Positions 1 through 14,320 of a stretch of DNA of 64,000 bases are shown in pieces (the first letter of the stretch is position 1; each line of letters begins with the position of its first letter). The translations under genes were made by a program, and so were the position numbers. A model generated the notes under the pieces. The model made no database searches and was not told where the DNA came from. It saw only the letters and a program-made list of their open reading frames with translations. Where the stretch lies: contig OZ320313.1 of the NCBI GenBank assembly GCA_976226885.1, forward strand, positions 75,268,001-75,332,000, written 5' to 3'. Origin of the DNA: Iphione sp. A-MEVVRFRX5. Its lineage: Eukaryota.

Positions 1-19
1 TACATGTGCCAAGAGTTCA

Positions 20-600
20 CCTTTAGCTAGGTGAATAATATCACTAGTATATCCCTTATTCATAACATGATTCTCAGCCAGAATATATTAATTTTATGAG
101 CTCTGCAAATCTGTTACTAAAATTGAATGTCTTGAGAGACCTTAGTTATGAAGTGCGAGTTAATGGAGTGAAATGCTTTTTGGAAGTCCAGTGATATTAT
201 GGTTCCTCTTGTTGGAGTGCAGAAACCATATCACATCATATTTCAATCTGTGATTATCAGAAATACATCTTTCTGGAATAAATCTTGTCTGACTCACATG
301 TACTAATTTTTGTACCACACATTTCAGTTTGTTAGCGAGTACAGTAGTGATCATTTTAGACCCCACACTTAACAGTGAAATGATTTTGATCTGGTTTTGG
401 TAACAACATAGACAAGGCACGTCTGAGGGAGGAGGCCAGAGAATCCTTGTGGGTGGCTTCCAGAAATGATAAATATACCAGGTCCATAATTTTTGGCCAA
501 TATCTTTTATAAAATCTAAAATGTTTGAAGATTCCAATAAGCCCAACATCCTTGCCCACTTTCATGATGGATACTTTATTGTAGGTCAGTTTACAGAGGC
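20..600 (-). mobile_element. Decayed L1/Tx1-clade LINE reverse transcriptase fragment
   Basis: Frameshifted minus-strand ORFs 160-549 and 356-607 give RT-like segments: FYKRYWPKIMDLV, RRALSMLLPKPDQ, IISLLSVGSKMITTVLANKLKCVVQKLVHVSQTRFIPERCISDN. These match the L1-type KNWRPISLL...KILANRL...Q.GF..GR.I.DN pattern. Confidence 0.75.
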
Positions 601-1287
601 TTAACATTTTGAGACAGTCATGAGCCCTTCATCAGGAGTAATTAGTATATGTGAAAACAGCTCAGCCTATTAGAAATATTGAACAAATTAATATGTTACT
701 AGGTAAAAGGCCATAGGTTACTCAAAAATAGGTCAAATTGACCATGTATGGAGTGTGATGGGTATCATGCAGTCATTCTGTATTCTGTCCTTCAAGATCA
801 GATATGCAGTTGGTTCATCAGGAACTCTAAGTGGTTGGTCATTAGTTTTTGTGTATTATTATTAGAACAGTTGCCATGATTACATATAGATTTGCAGTAA
901 TTGGTGAATGAAAGTTTTTCAGAAGGTGGTCCAGAACCAGTGTTTATTGATGGGAAGAATCCTATTTGGGATGCAATGCTGGTAGTGCTTCAGGCAAATT
1001 ACACAAATCTAGACCAAGCTACCCATATGGACATTGTGATGGGAACAGATTGACTAGTAGCAATACATTGCCAGGCAACAAAGGATCAACCGTAGATATG
1101 CCTCCAAAAAAGTATCCATCTCCCCACCCACTCCCTCCCCCAACCCCCACTTAGTTGAAGCAGGTGGGCTGAAGGGTGCTTGGGCTGTCATCACCACCCC
1201 CAATCACTCCCCACCCCTGCGCTTAGTCAGCAGGTCGGCGAAAATCGGCGACTGTAGCGCGATGTATGCACATGTATATGGAAGAGA

Positions 1288-1431
1288 NNNNNNNNNNNNN
1301 NNNNNNNNNNNNNNNNNNNNNNNNNNNNNNNNNNNNNNNNNNNNNNNNNNNNNNNNNNNNNNNNNNNNNNNNNNNNNNNNNNNNNNNNNNNNNNNNNNNN
1401 NNNNNNNNNNNNNNNNNNNNNNNNNNNNNNN
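1288..1431. other. Assembly gap (144 N)
   Basis: Run of N in the sequence. Confidence 1.
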
Positions 1432-2345
1432 TTAAAATTATTGGGAGGGTGGACATTTTGAAACGAAAGAAAACAATTTTTTCAAATGCTTATCCTATCA
1501 TGGATAAAAAAAAAACTCATTCTGACTGGGTGGTGAAGCCGCGAAAAAATTCCTGAGGCAAAATCAACCAAGGGTTTCTGGGGTATCATATACTCGGGGA
1601 GGGGCTCTGGAAGTGATACTTTGTCAGTTGTGAAGTTCGAGTTGTGAACTACGAGGTGTCAGCGGAGGAAAGACAAATAGGTCAGGTTTTAAGTTAAGCG
1701 TTGGTAAATGTAAGGTGTTGAATATGTACCCGGGGTGGAGGGGACAGAACAGGTGCAGATAATCGGCCTGAGTGACTGATGAGTTAAGAGTTAAGGTGAG
1801 GCGTACCCAGGGGCGTGATCAGGAGGTGCAAAAAGTTGAGGGTGTGCGAGGTTGGGTTGGAGGTGCCAGGGTATCATATTGCGGTGTGAAATGTGGGCTG
1901 GTGAATGATCTAAAGGTTATAGTTCATATTCCAGGACGTTCAGTTGTAAGACATCAGAGTGAAGTATGGAAGTATAACACAGGCGAAAGTATCGCGGTCG
2001 GAAGACGTATTTGACTTCATTTTATTGCACGCTTATCAGAAACCGACGTGAGCTCAACATGGCTCGCTAAAGACCATGTTCATTGTATATTGTTCCTGTT
2101 GTTTTCCTTGGTGTGAAATGTAAATAAATAGGTAAAAATCGTGTCTAATGAAGCCATGAAGACAGTAGATGAATTATCAGTAAAAGTATCAAACTGAGTT
2201 GCTCACCAGTTCAGTAAATCATCCCGTTTATGTATGTGTGTATTCCATAACACAAGTCACATACATGAAGCACGTAGAAAAAACAATTTTTTCTTACACA
2301 TATCACTGAATGTAAGATTCTCTGATGTGTTTTTTCTCGTTGCAG

Positions 2346-5300
2346 TGCCGACCGTTAGCTGCCGTTATAAGTGATCTTTGTGATGTGTAAGTACAGATTT
2401 CCTTTGTAACTCCTTCCGGACGTAGTACGTAGGCAGTACATACACAGTGCATAGTTCTTGCTATGCGATGCATTATATTTCTTCTGCACCATACAAAACG
2501 GTATGCCATATCCGTCGAATCGTTATCGCCATGTAGGTTTTAAGATGGCATTATAACTGTTAAGTAACGTGTTCTGACCGTGTTATGTTAGGAACAAGGT
2601 AATCACCAGTCGGTTAATCTTACACTGACATAAAACAGGTCTTAGAAGGTTTTTATATATTCTTTAAGGTGGTCACTCAGCAATCCAGACGATTATGCTT
2701 TGCAGTTTAACGAACCAGCAAAACAAACCTTTATCACCGAACGGGTAAGTTTTTGCCTTGTTTAAGCTGGGTATAAAAATATCTGGTAATGAATACAACG
2801 ATTTTGTCCTAATAATTTGGCGATTTTTGTGATAGAATCCCAAAGTTACCTTGTTGTTTATATAGTTATACATAGAGTACAACCTTCCAAATGCATGTAA
2901 ACCATTATTATGATAAACTGGGATATATCAGAGATAATATAGGACTTCCTTAAATAAATGCTCATAAATGTGTGCAAGCAAGATAGAGTCAGGACAGGAC
3001 ACCTGGCCAGTTCATCTCTTCCCAAGCAACTGTATTCGTAGTACAAGTATCATGTATTGTAAGATTTCTGCGACATACTCTTTGGGCAAATATCACAACT
3101 GACTGTGTATGCAAAACTAATAATCGATTCCTACACGTTAAGTTTTACAGTATCTAAAACATGCAAACACAATATATCAGTGTACGTGTAATGATGTATA
3201 TCCTCGTTTTCTTCACAGAATCGAGTGGAAATATTGAACGGCAATGTTCTTAAATTGACGTTTTCTCCTGTGAGTACATTTCCTAGTTCACTCTGCTTTC
3301 CTTTGGATACACTCACACATCGACACAACATATAAAATATAATATACACGTACTATATAATTCCTTGTTTAGAAATCACATGTTGTTAAGCAAGAGGGAA
3401 ATCACTTGGTAACCGTGCAGGGTTAACTTGAACTCTTTTGTGGATTGAGCAGGTTACGGTAATATAACTAACTATACTAAATGAAAATCAATCCTAAGTT
3501 ACAGTTTTTGTGCCCGTTTATAAGGCCACATTGACGTATCTTTGCTTTATGTTTTTAGGGCAAAACTGCTGAGGAGATCCTGCACCAACTCAATTACAAA
3601 AGTTCCATTGAAGAACGTGCAAATGCCCTTAAGCAGCTGTCTGAACTCTCGGTTGACAATACCTTCGCCCAGGAGTTCATCAACAAGAAAGGCCTCCACC
3701 TTCTCATCAGTATGGTAGAAGGTGGCTCCTAGTGAGTACTTTACCGTTTACCTTTACATTAACACTGAACCAGTTAAAATATGACCTGGTGTTGCAACAG
3801 TTATCATTGAAGGTCAGAACAACTTATACAATTGAACTTTCGAGGCCTCTAACCTCCACTATAGTTAGGACAAGAAATGGATGCCGGCAACTTGCTGGAG
3901 GCTTTTCTGACTAAGGGTGGGACAGTTCAGGTTCCCTGATTGTCAGTGGCCAGCATGTTCCCCAGCTTCCCAGCAAGCAGGGCAACCCGATCTGTCCCAC
4001 CCTTGTCAAACATCAGTAGTGACGGTGCCAGACCATACATAAATAAGCACGATCCACATAGCTTTTAGTAAAGTACATGTATTTTAGGATTTTGTTCAGG
4101 AGGTGAGGTAATGACTAGTCTGGGAATGTTTTCATTTTGATTATTCTAGTTTGTTTCTTCTTTTTTTAAAACTTGATCTAGCTTGACGTCTACTGATCTT
4201 TTCCAGTTGAAATTCATTTTCCCCATAGAAACAAAAGTGAATGATAAATGTTCCATTTTCTTTAAGTCCTGGAGATAAATATGTTCTGTGAGTATTTATT
4301 AAGAAATAAGATTTTATTCCAAGATTGTATAATTTTATTTCCTTGTGATTGTTGTTCAAAATACTCAGGAAAATTAGTTATTTTCTAGAGTATCAGTCGT
4401 GTTGTACATGTATGTGTCATTTTTATTTCAATAAGTATATAGGTATGTTGCTTCATGTTAACGATATTATTGTCACAGATAGAAACTAAGATACTAAAAC
4501 TAGGCATTTCAATAATGATGCTTTTCATGTGTGCTTGTTGCCTTTTTAGGTACATGGTAACAACATTCTGTTTCACTTGAGATTCTCTTTAAATGTTGGT
4601 GTTAAAGTTTATGCCGTGGTCCACACATGTTACTTCAACATTTATTGGCGTATATTTTGATGTTGTATTGTGAAAGTGTTCCACCTTGGCATATATTTAA
4701 CTTTATGTAGTAGTAAGCATATTATAGAAGTTAGACGACATATGCACTTCTTTTGGTTTTTTCGTCTATTCGTAATAATAACTGATATTGCAGAGTGAGT
4801 TTTGGTTATATGTGATTAAGTATGTGTAAGAAGATGAGCAAACAATAATGCAGTGAACAACAGTGAATGAAAGTCAAAGTCCCCATCTAGTCTGCAGTTT
4901 TGACTTGTAATTCTGATATCAAGATATTCTGATTTAAATCATTACACCACTTATATTCCCATTTGATATGCATCACTTTAACATTCTTTACATCTCCTTC
5001 ATACACATAGAAAGATATACATGTACGTGTAATTAAGTCGAATGTTATAGAATAGTAAGTATTGCTGTGGTAATAGTTAGGTGTAAGCTAAGGTCATGTA
5101 GAAGTTTGCGAATTGCAGTGTACAATAATGTTCTTCAGTGCGGGTGAGTCACTCTCCTACACACTACGGGCATTTGTTGAACTGATGGATCATGGCATCG
5201 TATCATGGGACATCCTGGAACACAAGTTCATTAAAATCGTAAGTATGAGACAACATGAGCAATGTCCTGCAACGTGTCGTTCCCCAGTCGATATTTCTAA

Positions 5301-8300
5301 AATCTACACCTTTGGTTAATGAGGCTAGACAGACCCGAGTTAGCATTGATCAGTCACAGGTCAGGAATCTCCACTATTGGAAAGGGATGGTGGGGTGGGG
5401 AGGGGGAAGGGGGTTAACATTGCACGCACATGGTTGTAAGTGAAGGGGAAAGAGGAAGGAAACCACAAAGTGGTGCCCATTTGACTTGATGGTAGGCATA
5501 GCATTATGGATGCAGCACAGGACAGTGGAAAAACCTGTGAGAGCATGCACTGACAGAAGAGGCGCCTCTGACCACCTTTGCCTGCCGTCCGCTGAAACAA
5601 AAGGACCTAAATACTTCCACCAAGCAGCTGACTGCTGCAGCACCAACCAGTTATTCTGTGCTACTTTGTAAAAATTTTAGAAGCTGATAATGCATACTTC
5701 GCACAGTGAGATATCTCTGATATTGGGGCTTAATGAACTTGACTGTGCCCATATAACACACGTACATTTCTGTGAAATCTCTGTACTTTAACTATCATGC
5801 ACTGTAGTTGGTTTGCATATGTGTGTATTTCTGTGCATGCATGCGTGCGTGTGTGTGTGAGACCAAAAATTAGTGAAGATAAATAAAAGAACTGTCATGT
5901 GCAAGATATAAGATCTATTTCTGGTCATTTCTTTTACTGCCATTGTACAGTACAATTTTGTCACAGGTGGCATCATCAGTCAATTTGCGGACAGGGGCTC
6001 CTGATGCGTCCACTCTGCAGCCAGCACTGGAAATCCTCGAGTCGATTGTTCTCAACAGCTCCAGTAAATATGCACTCGTTGAGCAAGAAGTGACACCTGT
6101 GAACCTCATTCACCACCTTCAAAGGTGAGCCGAACTGATGTAGATGTTGCTGTTTTAATAGAGCAGAAGTGAGGGCTAAAGCACTTCCAACATGTTAACG
6201 ATAGATTATGATTTTTTGCTTAAGTACCAGAATAGGACACCAGGTGTCTACCTGACATAAAGTCCAGTGGCACCACCACATTTAGCCATCTTAGATATTC
6301 ACTTTTAGTCTAGCAGTCACCCAGTTCAGACCTATCAGTAGGGTTCTACTATTCTATTCTATTCTGTTCCAATAATTCTATTTTATTCTGTTCTGTGGTC
6401 AATTCTGAGGATAAATTGACCTTTGATTGACCATTTATTCAACACATCAACAATTTTAAAGTAAGTGTTAGGTTTGTTGTTTCTTTGAGCATGGATCTGG
6501 CAGCAACAATCATGGGTATGGATGATGAGGCCCAGCCTTCAAGGCAGCAACGTCATGCCAAGAAGTCGTCGTCATCCTCAGGACAGTCCTCTAAGAGGTT
6601 CAGACACGATGCTGGCTTTGTTGGTGTGGAAAGCACTGAGAAATCTAGTGATCGAGGTGTTGAGGATGCCGGTGTGGTCGCTGGTACCCATGCGAGGTTA
6701 CGGGTCAACCTCCCTCAAGTGTGCCGGTTGGCCTCGTAAGGTCACTGGTCGTTGCAGGGGTTGGGGTTCACCTTCCCCCAAGCATGACGCTTGACCTTAT
6801 GACCTCATCCATGCAATCCTCTGGGCAATTGATTCAATTACCTAGGGGGCTGACCTCCCCGGGGTTGTTATGTCAATTACTCCGGTGGAGAGGTCAGAGG
6901 CCGACTTGACCATGATGAGGTCAAGAGCTGCCGGTGCTGATCTGGTGCTACCAAGATCTAAAGGCACCAAGCCTGCTGCCAGCGGTGCCACTGGTGTTGC
7001 AGCCACCGCCACTTCTGCTACTTCCGGCGCAGCTGGTGCAGCTACAGCACTATTGTTGCAAGGCAGGTTTGAGCTTTGTTCTCCTCCTACAGCGCTGGGT
7101 GACTAATGTCGTGCACTGACCCATCTCTGATGAGATCAAGAGCACCGGGGTTGAGCTTCATTCTGTCTCTACAGTGCTGACTGACTAATGTCGCGTACCG
7201 ACCCGTCTCTGACGAGGTCAAGGGGTACTTGGGTCAAGCTTCATTCTCCCCCTATAGCGCTGCTGCTGCTGCTGCTGTTGGCGCTGACCTTCTTGTAGTG
7301 AGGTCAAAAGAGCGCCGGGGTCGAGCTTCGTTCTCCTCCTACAGTGCTGGGTGACTAATGTCAATTTTTTTTCATTGGTGCCATGGTATTGTTCTGTAAA
7401 AATACAGAAGCACTGATTTGCACACTTCATCCACATTAAGAACACCGTCAAACCTCGACATCCAAGGAATCAGAATCTGGATTTATCGGTTACCAGAGGA
7501 GGTCAGACCAACTTATAGTGTTGCGTTGGTGGTCATCAAACCTCCTCTATATGATGTGGGTAGACACATGCCAGTCTGGTGTCATGTACTTTCATGTTTG
7601 AGCTTGCAGTTTGACCAGGCAGGGTCTTGTCCAGGAGGGTTGATTAAGCTGATGGGAGAAGTGTGTGCATAGAGATCGTGGTGCATGTATTGTGTAGGCT
7701 GACCTACTGGCCAGTCATACATAATCACTGGTCCAGATGACCTTTCATGCCATCAACTGTCAGTTTCCTGTACACTGAGTTTGAATAAATCTGGCTATTT
7801 TGTTCTCAAAAGAAAAGGAGGCGATCTAAATTGGGCGGTGTCACTCTGAATGTATTACAGTAAGCGATATTTCTGATGCGGTGTTGTCATGAGATTACGG
7901 TCATGAGTCTGTTCCTTACAAAATGCACACCTATAATCATCTTGGTTTGCATGTGGAGCAGTATCTTCCTTTCGTTATTTCGTTTGCAGTAAACCACTTC
8001 CCGTGTTTTGGTTTCACTCTTCATTACCAATAATTATGTTGTATTATTTCAGCGTTAATGCCGAAATTCAAAAGAGCGCCATCGCCCTTATCAACGCCTT
8101 GTTCTTGAAAGGAGATATGGCCAAGAGGAAAGTGAGTATTCATCCATGAAACCTGCCCCATGAACCATTCATCATCATTATCTTGACCAAGCAGAAAATA
8201 CTCTGTTTTATAAGAAAACTTTAGGACATCTGTTGTAAGCCAGAGGTCCCATTTGTCTGTGACTGCATCACGTGACATATCTTAAATAAGCCCTTAGTGT

Positions 8301-11300
8301 ACAAATGACCAGTCATACTGTGCTGGGTAGGTTCATATAATCTCCGAATCTATTCGTTATAGCCCTCTTTTAATTGTCATTGTAACTTTACAACCGTGGC
8401 CTTAGGCCCTATGCCCTTGTTTCGTTTGGTAAACGTATTTATCCCTACTATATTACTTCTTTCATACCAGAAAACCGCAGAAAGTTTGCAGTCCAAGTCA
8501 ATACGGAATGTCATTCTCAGCGTGAGTATTTTCTTGTATGTAATCACAGAATAACGGAAAGCCCCATAGGCAAGGGCAAAGCGGTTACATAGGCAGAATC
8601 TTTCTCATCCAAATTTCTAGTCATTTTAAAAGAAGTTTCATATCATTGAAAAACACATGTATATACTGATGTCAAGTTTTCCCCTCACCTCTGTAAATAT
8701 GTTTCTACCAATCAAAGCAAGTCTGATTTTCAAACGCGATCTTTCTTTTCCCCCTTCGATGACGGTAATGGGCAAAAGAGTACATGTACAGCGACCTCAG
8801 ACAAGATTACGCTGTGTTACGTTTCCTAAGTGTAAGGGGCTTTTTAGTTGTGTTCGTTCTTAATGCTTACACGTCCATCAACGTGAGTTTGTGTGCGAAC
8901 AGATATATAAACTTCGTTGTTCAAATAACACAAGAATATATTTTGCAGTCATACTAGTTATTTGATGATGTTCGTGATGCCGATGAATTACAAATGTATT
9001 TATACATCTAAGAACTACTGTATACTTCTCAGAATGTCATTCGAGGTGGCAGCACCATAGGGTCAGAAATGGCCCACCAGTTGTATGTCCTCCAGAGCCT
9101 CATGTTTAGCCTGCTGGAGGAGCGCCGAATGACACGCGTCGAGCCAAATGACCAGGTAGGACATCATAAACCCACATTGCTCCCTAGGCACTGTGCAAAA
9201 ACCGGTAAAAACAAGCTTGACACGTGAGAATTACTTGCCCTTCAGTAAGAAAAGACATTGCTAGGTGTTTGTAATTCTATTATATTAAATACAATTTTAA
9301 TAATATTAATTCTTGTCTCCCAATGCCTTGACTTTGGCCTTACATGTATTCATTTTCATCTCATCTTGAACCATCGCACACTTTGATGGTCCTAGATCTT
9401 ATAACAATAGTTTACTCAAAAATATATTTTCCAGATTAGAAACGTATAAAACTTTTATGTTCTTTGTTTACTTCAAACCCGGGTGATGCAGAATGCAGTG
9501 AGAGAGATTACAGAACTGCGCAAGATTGCCTTTGAGGCTGAGGCCGACCTGCCATCGGCTGCCAGTGGCCGCCGTCAGAGCCATGCCAAAGACTACAAGA
9601 AGCTTGGCTTTCAGGTAGGATCAGGATGTCCGTGTCTGTACTCACACATATCCGTGTGTGTTGTATGAGTGTGTATGTATGTCCTTGTGGTGTGTGTATT
9701 GTTTCTGTTTAGTTGTTGAAAAGGGAAGTAGGTAAGGAAGTGTATAACGTTAGTGGAAAGGAAAACATTCTTAAAGTAGATCTGTCCCTTTCATTGCTGT
9801 TTAGATGTTGAAATGTTTAATTCCATCAATTAACTAACGTTAGACTAAATATGTTAGATTTCCCTACACTTGGAGGTCACATTATATATAAAAAGGTACT
9901 TAACTTCCATTGTAGAATCACATCAATCCAGTAGAAGACTTCGCTCAGGTGCCTCCGGGGGTTCTCTCCTTGGACATCATGGTCTACTTTGCTAAAGTTC
10001 ATGGAGAGAATTACACTAAGGTAACGACGATATTTTAAACTTTTTGAAGTGGAATGCAACATACTCACTACCTCTATAAATGTTTGCTTACTGGAATAAG
10101 TTTTTTCCATGAAATGTTATGGTCTGTGTGACCCTGTCATTAATAATTTAATAGCTGCCAACAAGGTAAACAATATGTATCTAGATCCCGTCCCATAACT
10201 CAGGAATTATGTATAACAGTCCAACTTTCTCATCAATTTCAGTGATAACAAATGTACGCAAATGTGTCGGTAAAACCTAACGTACTGAAGTCAGCATTGA
10301 AATACTTTTGAAAAATTGCATTTGCTTAACTAAAGACCGAATGAATTATACTGTTTTATCGATGTACGCCTGTGCCAATTGTTCATTATTTCGTTTTGCT
10401 TTTGCAGGTTGTATTAGAAAACTCTTGTCGTGCTGATGAGCATGATTGCCCGTTTGCACGTGCCAGCATTGAACTCACAAACATGCTATGTGACATCCTC
10501 AAAGTTGGAGAGCCACGTAAGTTTAATTTATATACCCTTGTTGTTTGTGTACTTATGTATCAGTTTTAATTCCATATAAGCCCTATAGAGGGCGTCTCAC
10601 AGAGAGTGGTGTCGTGTGGAGACCATACAGAGCACGTCAGTCTTTGGCTATGGCTGGACCAGAGCAGACGTAATATTTTCCTCTATTTCTTTCTTTTGTA
10701 TTTCCATTTTCTGTAGTAATATCCATTAGCACACAGACGTCTAGTTTGGCATAAGAAAATGGAGGTGTTTTTCATTGCTTAAATTTTGCGGCTCTGCGAT
10801 GCAGTCAACTTTCTTTTCTCCCAGCCAGAGCCTAACATTATACAGTTATTACATCGTTATTTACATTAAAAGCTAACTCGAATGAATAGGAGTTCACTGA
10901 TGCACTTTGTTTCTCCCAGCGTCAGATGAAGGACAAGTCTATTACCCGATGTTCTTCACCCACGATCGCCCCTTCGAGGAGTTCTACTGCATTTGTGTAC
11001 AACTTTTAAACAAAACATGGAAAGAAATGAGAGCAACTGCTGAAGATTTTACCAAAGTAATTTTTTTATATCCTTGGTGGTCTTACGAGAATCTAAATGT
11101 GGTTGTAGTCAAGAGTAAAGACATGATCAATTCGTTTGGAAGGATATAGACATACACCTGAACAAAAAAATGCTGTCGGAAAATCTGTATATTTTTTAGG
11201 CGCATCTCACTAAGCAAAAGAATTGTTCTGTATAACCCTGGTCATGTTTGACCTGTTTGTATCTTTATATAACAAACCTTTGCTCTTATTTGTTAGGTCC

Positions 11301-14300
11301 TGAGTGTGGTACGAGAACAAGTAGTCCGAGCCCTGGACATACAGCCAGCCACCTTTGAAATGTTTAGGAACAAGCTGCAGCATCTTACTTATGCTGAGAT
11401 CACAAATATATGGCAACAGGAGCGTCGCCACCGGGAAGAATGGGAATCACAGGCCAGGCCAATAATGTAAGTGCTGCTAATAGAAAATCATTCAAAATAT
11501 GCCTGGACTTTGTTAAATGTATATGTGTATTGCGTTTATTAGATGTACATGTGTACATATTGTATCGCATTTACTGATAATAGGGTTGATCGAATGACGT
11601 GCCTTCTGAGCTTCAGAATAGACTTAATAGAATTAATTTTCTATATAGTCATTGAAGGATTTGCTTCAAAAATGAACTGGCAATATCACAACTGTATGTT
11701 ACAACTCTAGTTTTGATAACTGTACTATACTAGAAATATGATCGTCATGTATAAGTAGTAGCTCCAACGTGCTTTGCAGTTTGTCGAGTGATTTTTACAA
11801 GTTTAACTATGGCGTACTTCGAAGGACATGATGATATAAAAAAGACTCTTACATTTCCTTTTGTAGTGAGCTTCGTGAGCAGATAACCCCCGAAATTCTT
11901 GAACTGATAAAGCAGCAACGACTTAACTACTTGGGTGCTGGCACTCGCTTCAGTCGCTACCAGAAAGGAAACAGGACCAAAGGTTGAATTTTTTGTGCAC
12001 AAAACTATCAGAAAATATACATACATGTATAAGTAAACATAGGATAAAGACTTCTTATACAAAAGGATGAGTCTTATCCATACATTTTATGTATATATTG
12101 GATATTACCCGCATTGGGAGCTGTGTTTTTTCGAATTACATGTATCTTTTGTTGTACTTTGTTCTCTTAAAAAGGAAAGTTCTGGTTCTGCCGACTATCA
12201 CCGAACCACAAATTCTTCCATTACGGCGATTGTGATGAAAATCCTGTGACCACACTGGAGCAGCTTCCCAACAAACGTATGTAGCTGTCGCCACATGATA
12301 ACAATGATAACAGTGACCAGAATCTTTCTTAAAGTCACATCTCAATCTCAGCAAGTTTTCAACCAGTGTCTCCTTGGTTTTGTCCACAGTTGCCGTTGTT
12401 GACATCAAGGGTCTTGTCACAGGAAAGGACTGCACCCACATCAAGGACAGAGAGAAGGGTCGTAAGGTAAGCACATCATTTGTTAGTGCTCCCTGATTGT
12501 CCCAGTATACATTCAATTGGGATTTCTTTCCCTCTTTGCCTGGGCCCTAGTAAACTACTTGAAAGCCATCCAGTAGCGGAAAAGATAACGGCTTCCATTT
12601 CTTATGCACAGAGTCTTGTTGCAGAAAAGGAAAACGTATGTTTGTCTGTCTGTCTGCCTGCCTGGCTGTCTTCCCCTCATCCCTTTGCAATGACGTTCAG
12701 TTAATTGTGATGCATTGCCAATCACAATGTTTTATGATGTACAACCTCTTTACAGGCAACACAGGCAGCACTGGCCTTCAGCATTGTATCCGAGGCAGAC
12801 ATCGCCGAGCCGCTCAACTTTATCTCTCCAACTGATACAGACTTCCACATGTGGACAGATGGCATCAATGCCCTCCTAGGCAACCCGGTAGGCTGAAATG
12901 CATTTGTAGATTCAAATATACAGTCGACCAACTCTTTCCAAATGCACATTTTATAATTCACTTCATATCCAAATGCATATCCGAAGGACACGGAGTCACG
13001 TGTAACTGTGACTCACATCCACACGATCATGAGAAATGTATCATGTTGGGTAAGACTGGTCTGCCTGTACTAAACATTTCCAATAAAATGTGGCGTGCTG
13101 AATTCTAAATTGATTGAACCCAGGCAAGAATGAAATTATTTCCTCAAACTAAACTAATAAATTGGCAAAGCAATGCTTAAGTCTACCAAATTTTATGAAC
13201 ACGTAACATGAAAAGACCAAAATAAAATTGTAAAAATAGAATTACATGTAGTTCGCCTCCTCCCCAGAAGCTGCTGAACAGCTGAGGTATATGGTGTCAT
13301 TTGCTAGAGTAGCATCTTCATCGTTATTTTACTGGATTGTAAATTGATATTCAGTGAATTAAAGTATTATTTCTGTTTGAGTTTGGTAGTGATTTCCATG
13401 CTGTCTTGTTTGATTACTGGACAACAAATAAATTTGGGTATTTCCTGGAGATTTCCATCGACTTATTGATCTGAAACGAGTGGTCATCAGATCCGTGTTT
13501 TCATATGCACATAGATATTGACCTACCCACCAGAATATTTTAAGATATATGTAAATTATCTTACAAGCGTATTTACCAGTGACAACCAAGAGGATTTACT
13601 CGTCTCACAGCTCTGAACCTTTAGTTCTTTCTTGCGTACTGCTTCATGTGTATCTCACGAATTAAGAGAGATGTTTAGTCTATAAAGATGTCCTCTCCTG
13701 GTTCCGTTGGAATTCACTCAGATTGCCACATTGCCACCCCATTACAACCTAATTAGGACACAATACTTCTGAATATCCCGATGCATCTGACTTGTGTACC
13801 AGCATCTAACTGATTTGGTCAACCACATTGTCTGGAGGACTCTCTGAAGTCCTAGTCAGCATACAACCTCCCAAAGTAAGACTCGTCTTTGCTGGGCATT
13901 AGATAAGTTAACGCCATGATATTTAATACTGGCGTAGCATGTACAGTAGGAACATAGAAAAGGCAACACGTGAAGAAAAGTATGGTAGACGCATGAATTT
14001 GCGTGTTAACAAATATCCCACATTTAGTATGGTCTCAGGAAATCCCATAAGGAATATATATATATATATATCAGTGAACCCACTGCTGATTCTTTAGAAG
14101 TCTAATCATAGTATTTAAATACTGAATGAAGTAGTTTTTCGAATTTCTGCCTTGTGTTTTTCTCCAGATGACATCTGACCTTACGAAGCAAGACCTGGAA
14201 ATGCTGTTGTCTATGGAGATCAAACTCCGTCTGCTGGATACAGAGGGCATCAGTATCCCCGAGAATCCTCCGCCGATACCCAAAGAGCCTAGCAATTATG

Positions 14301-14320
14301 ACTTCGCTTATGTAAACTAG
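2346..14320 (+). CDS. ELMO: Engulfment and cell motility protein (ELMO/ced-12 ortholog), 5'-incomplete spliced CDS, 691 aa visible
   Basis: Exons: 2346-2386, 2669-2744, 3219-3269, 3559-3731, 5139-5238, 5967-6124, 8053-8131, 8471-8521, 9033-9155, 9492-9614, 9916-10020, 10408-10516, 10920-11056, 11297-11466, 11867-11982, 12175-12276, 12390-12466, 12756-12887, 14168-14320 (TAG). All GT-AG with consistent phases. Diagnostic peptides: [100 protein letters not shown]. About 26-35 N-terminal residues were not located. Confidence 0.97.
3913..4004. repeat. Short inverted-repeat element (13-bp perfect arms) in an ELMO intron
   Basis: AAGGGTGGGACAG (3913-3925) and CTGTCCCACCCTT (3992-4004) are exact reverse complements; pairing extends outward with one bulge (tgac/gtca). 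Confidence 0.7.
6480..7770. mobile_element. GC-rich decayed element in an ELMO intron (possibly a retroelement remnant; family not established)
   Basis: Sharp GC rise relative to the intron, broken Ser/Ala-rich ORFs (6485-6739, 6870-7106) and an internal tandem array. No diagnostic domain could be read. Confidence 0.4.
7071..7362 (+). repeat. Diverged tandem repeat, about 4 copies, period 82-87 bp
   Basis: The motif (g/a)agctt(c/t)(a/g)ttct...cta(c/t)ag(c/t)gctg...gactaatgtc recurs at 7071, 7153, 7236 and 7323; the third copy carries a (CTG)n insert. Confidence 0.85.

Noticed and set aside
1223-1556. ORFs spanning the N gap
   Set aside because: Artefacts of translating through Ns.
5383-5413. 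G-quadruplex-like G tracts (also C tracts at about 1130-1150 and 25743-25779)
   Set aside because: Common low-complexity tracts with no positional or functional evidence.
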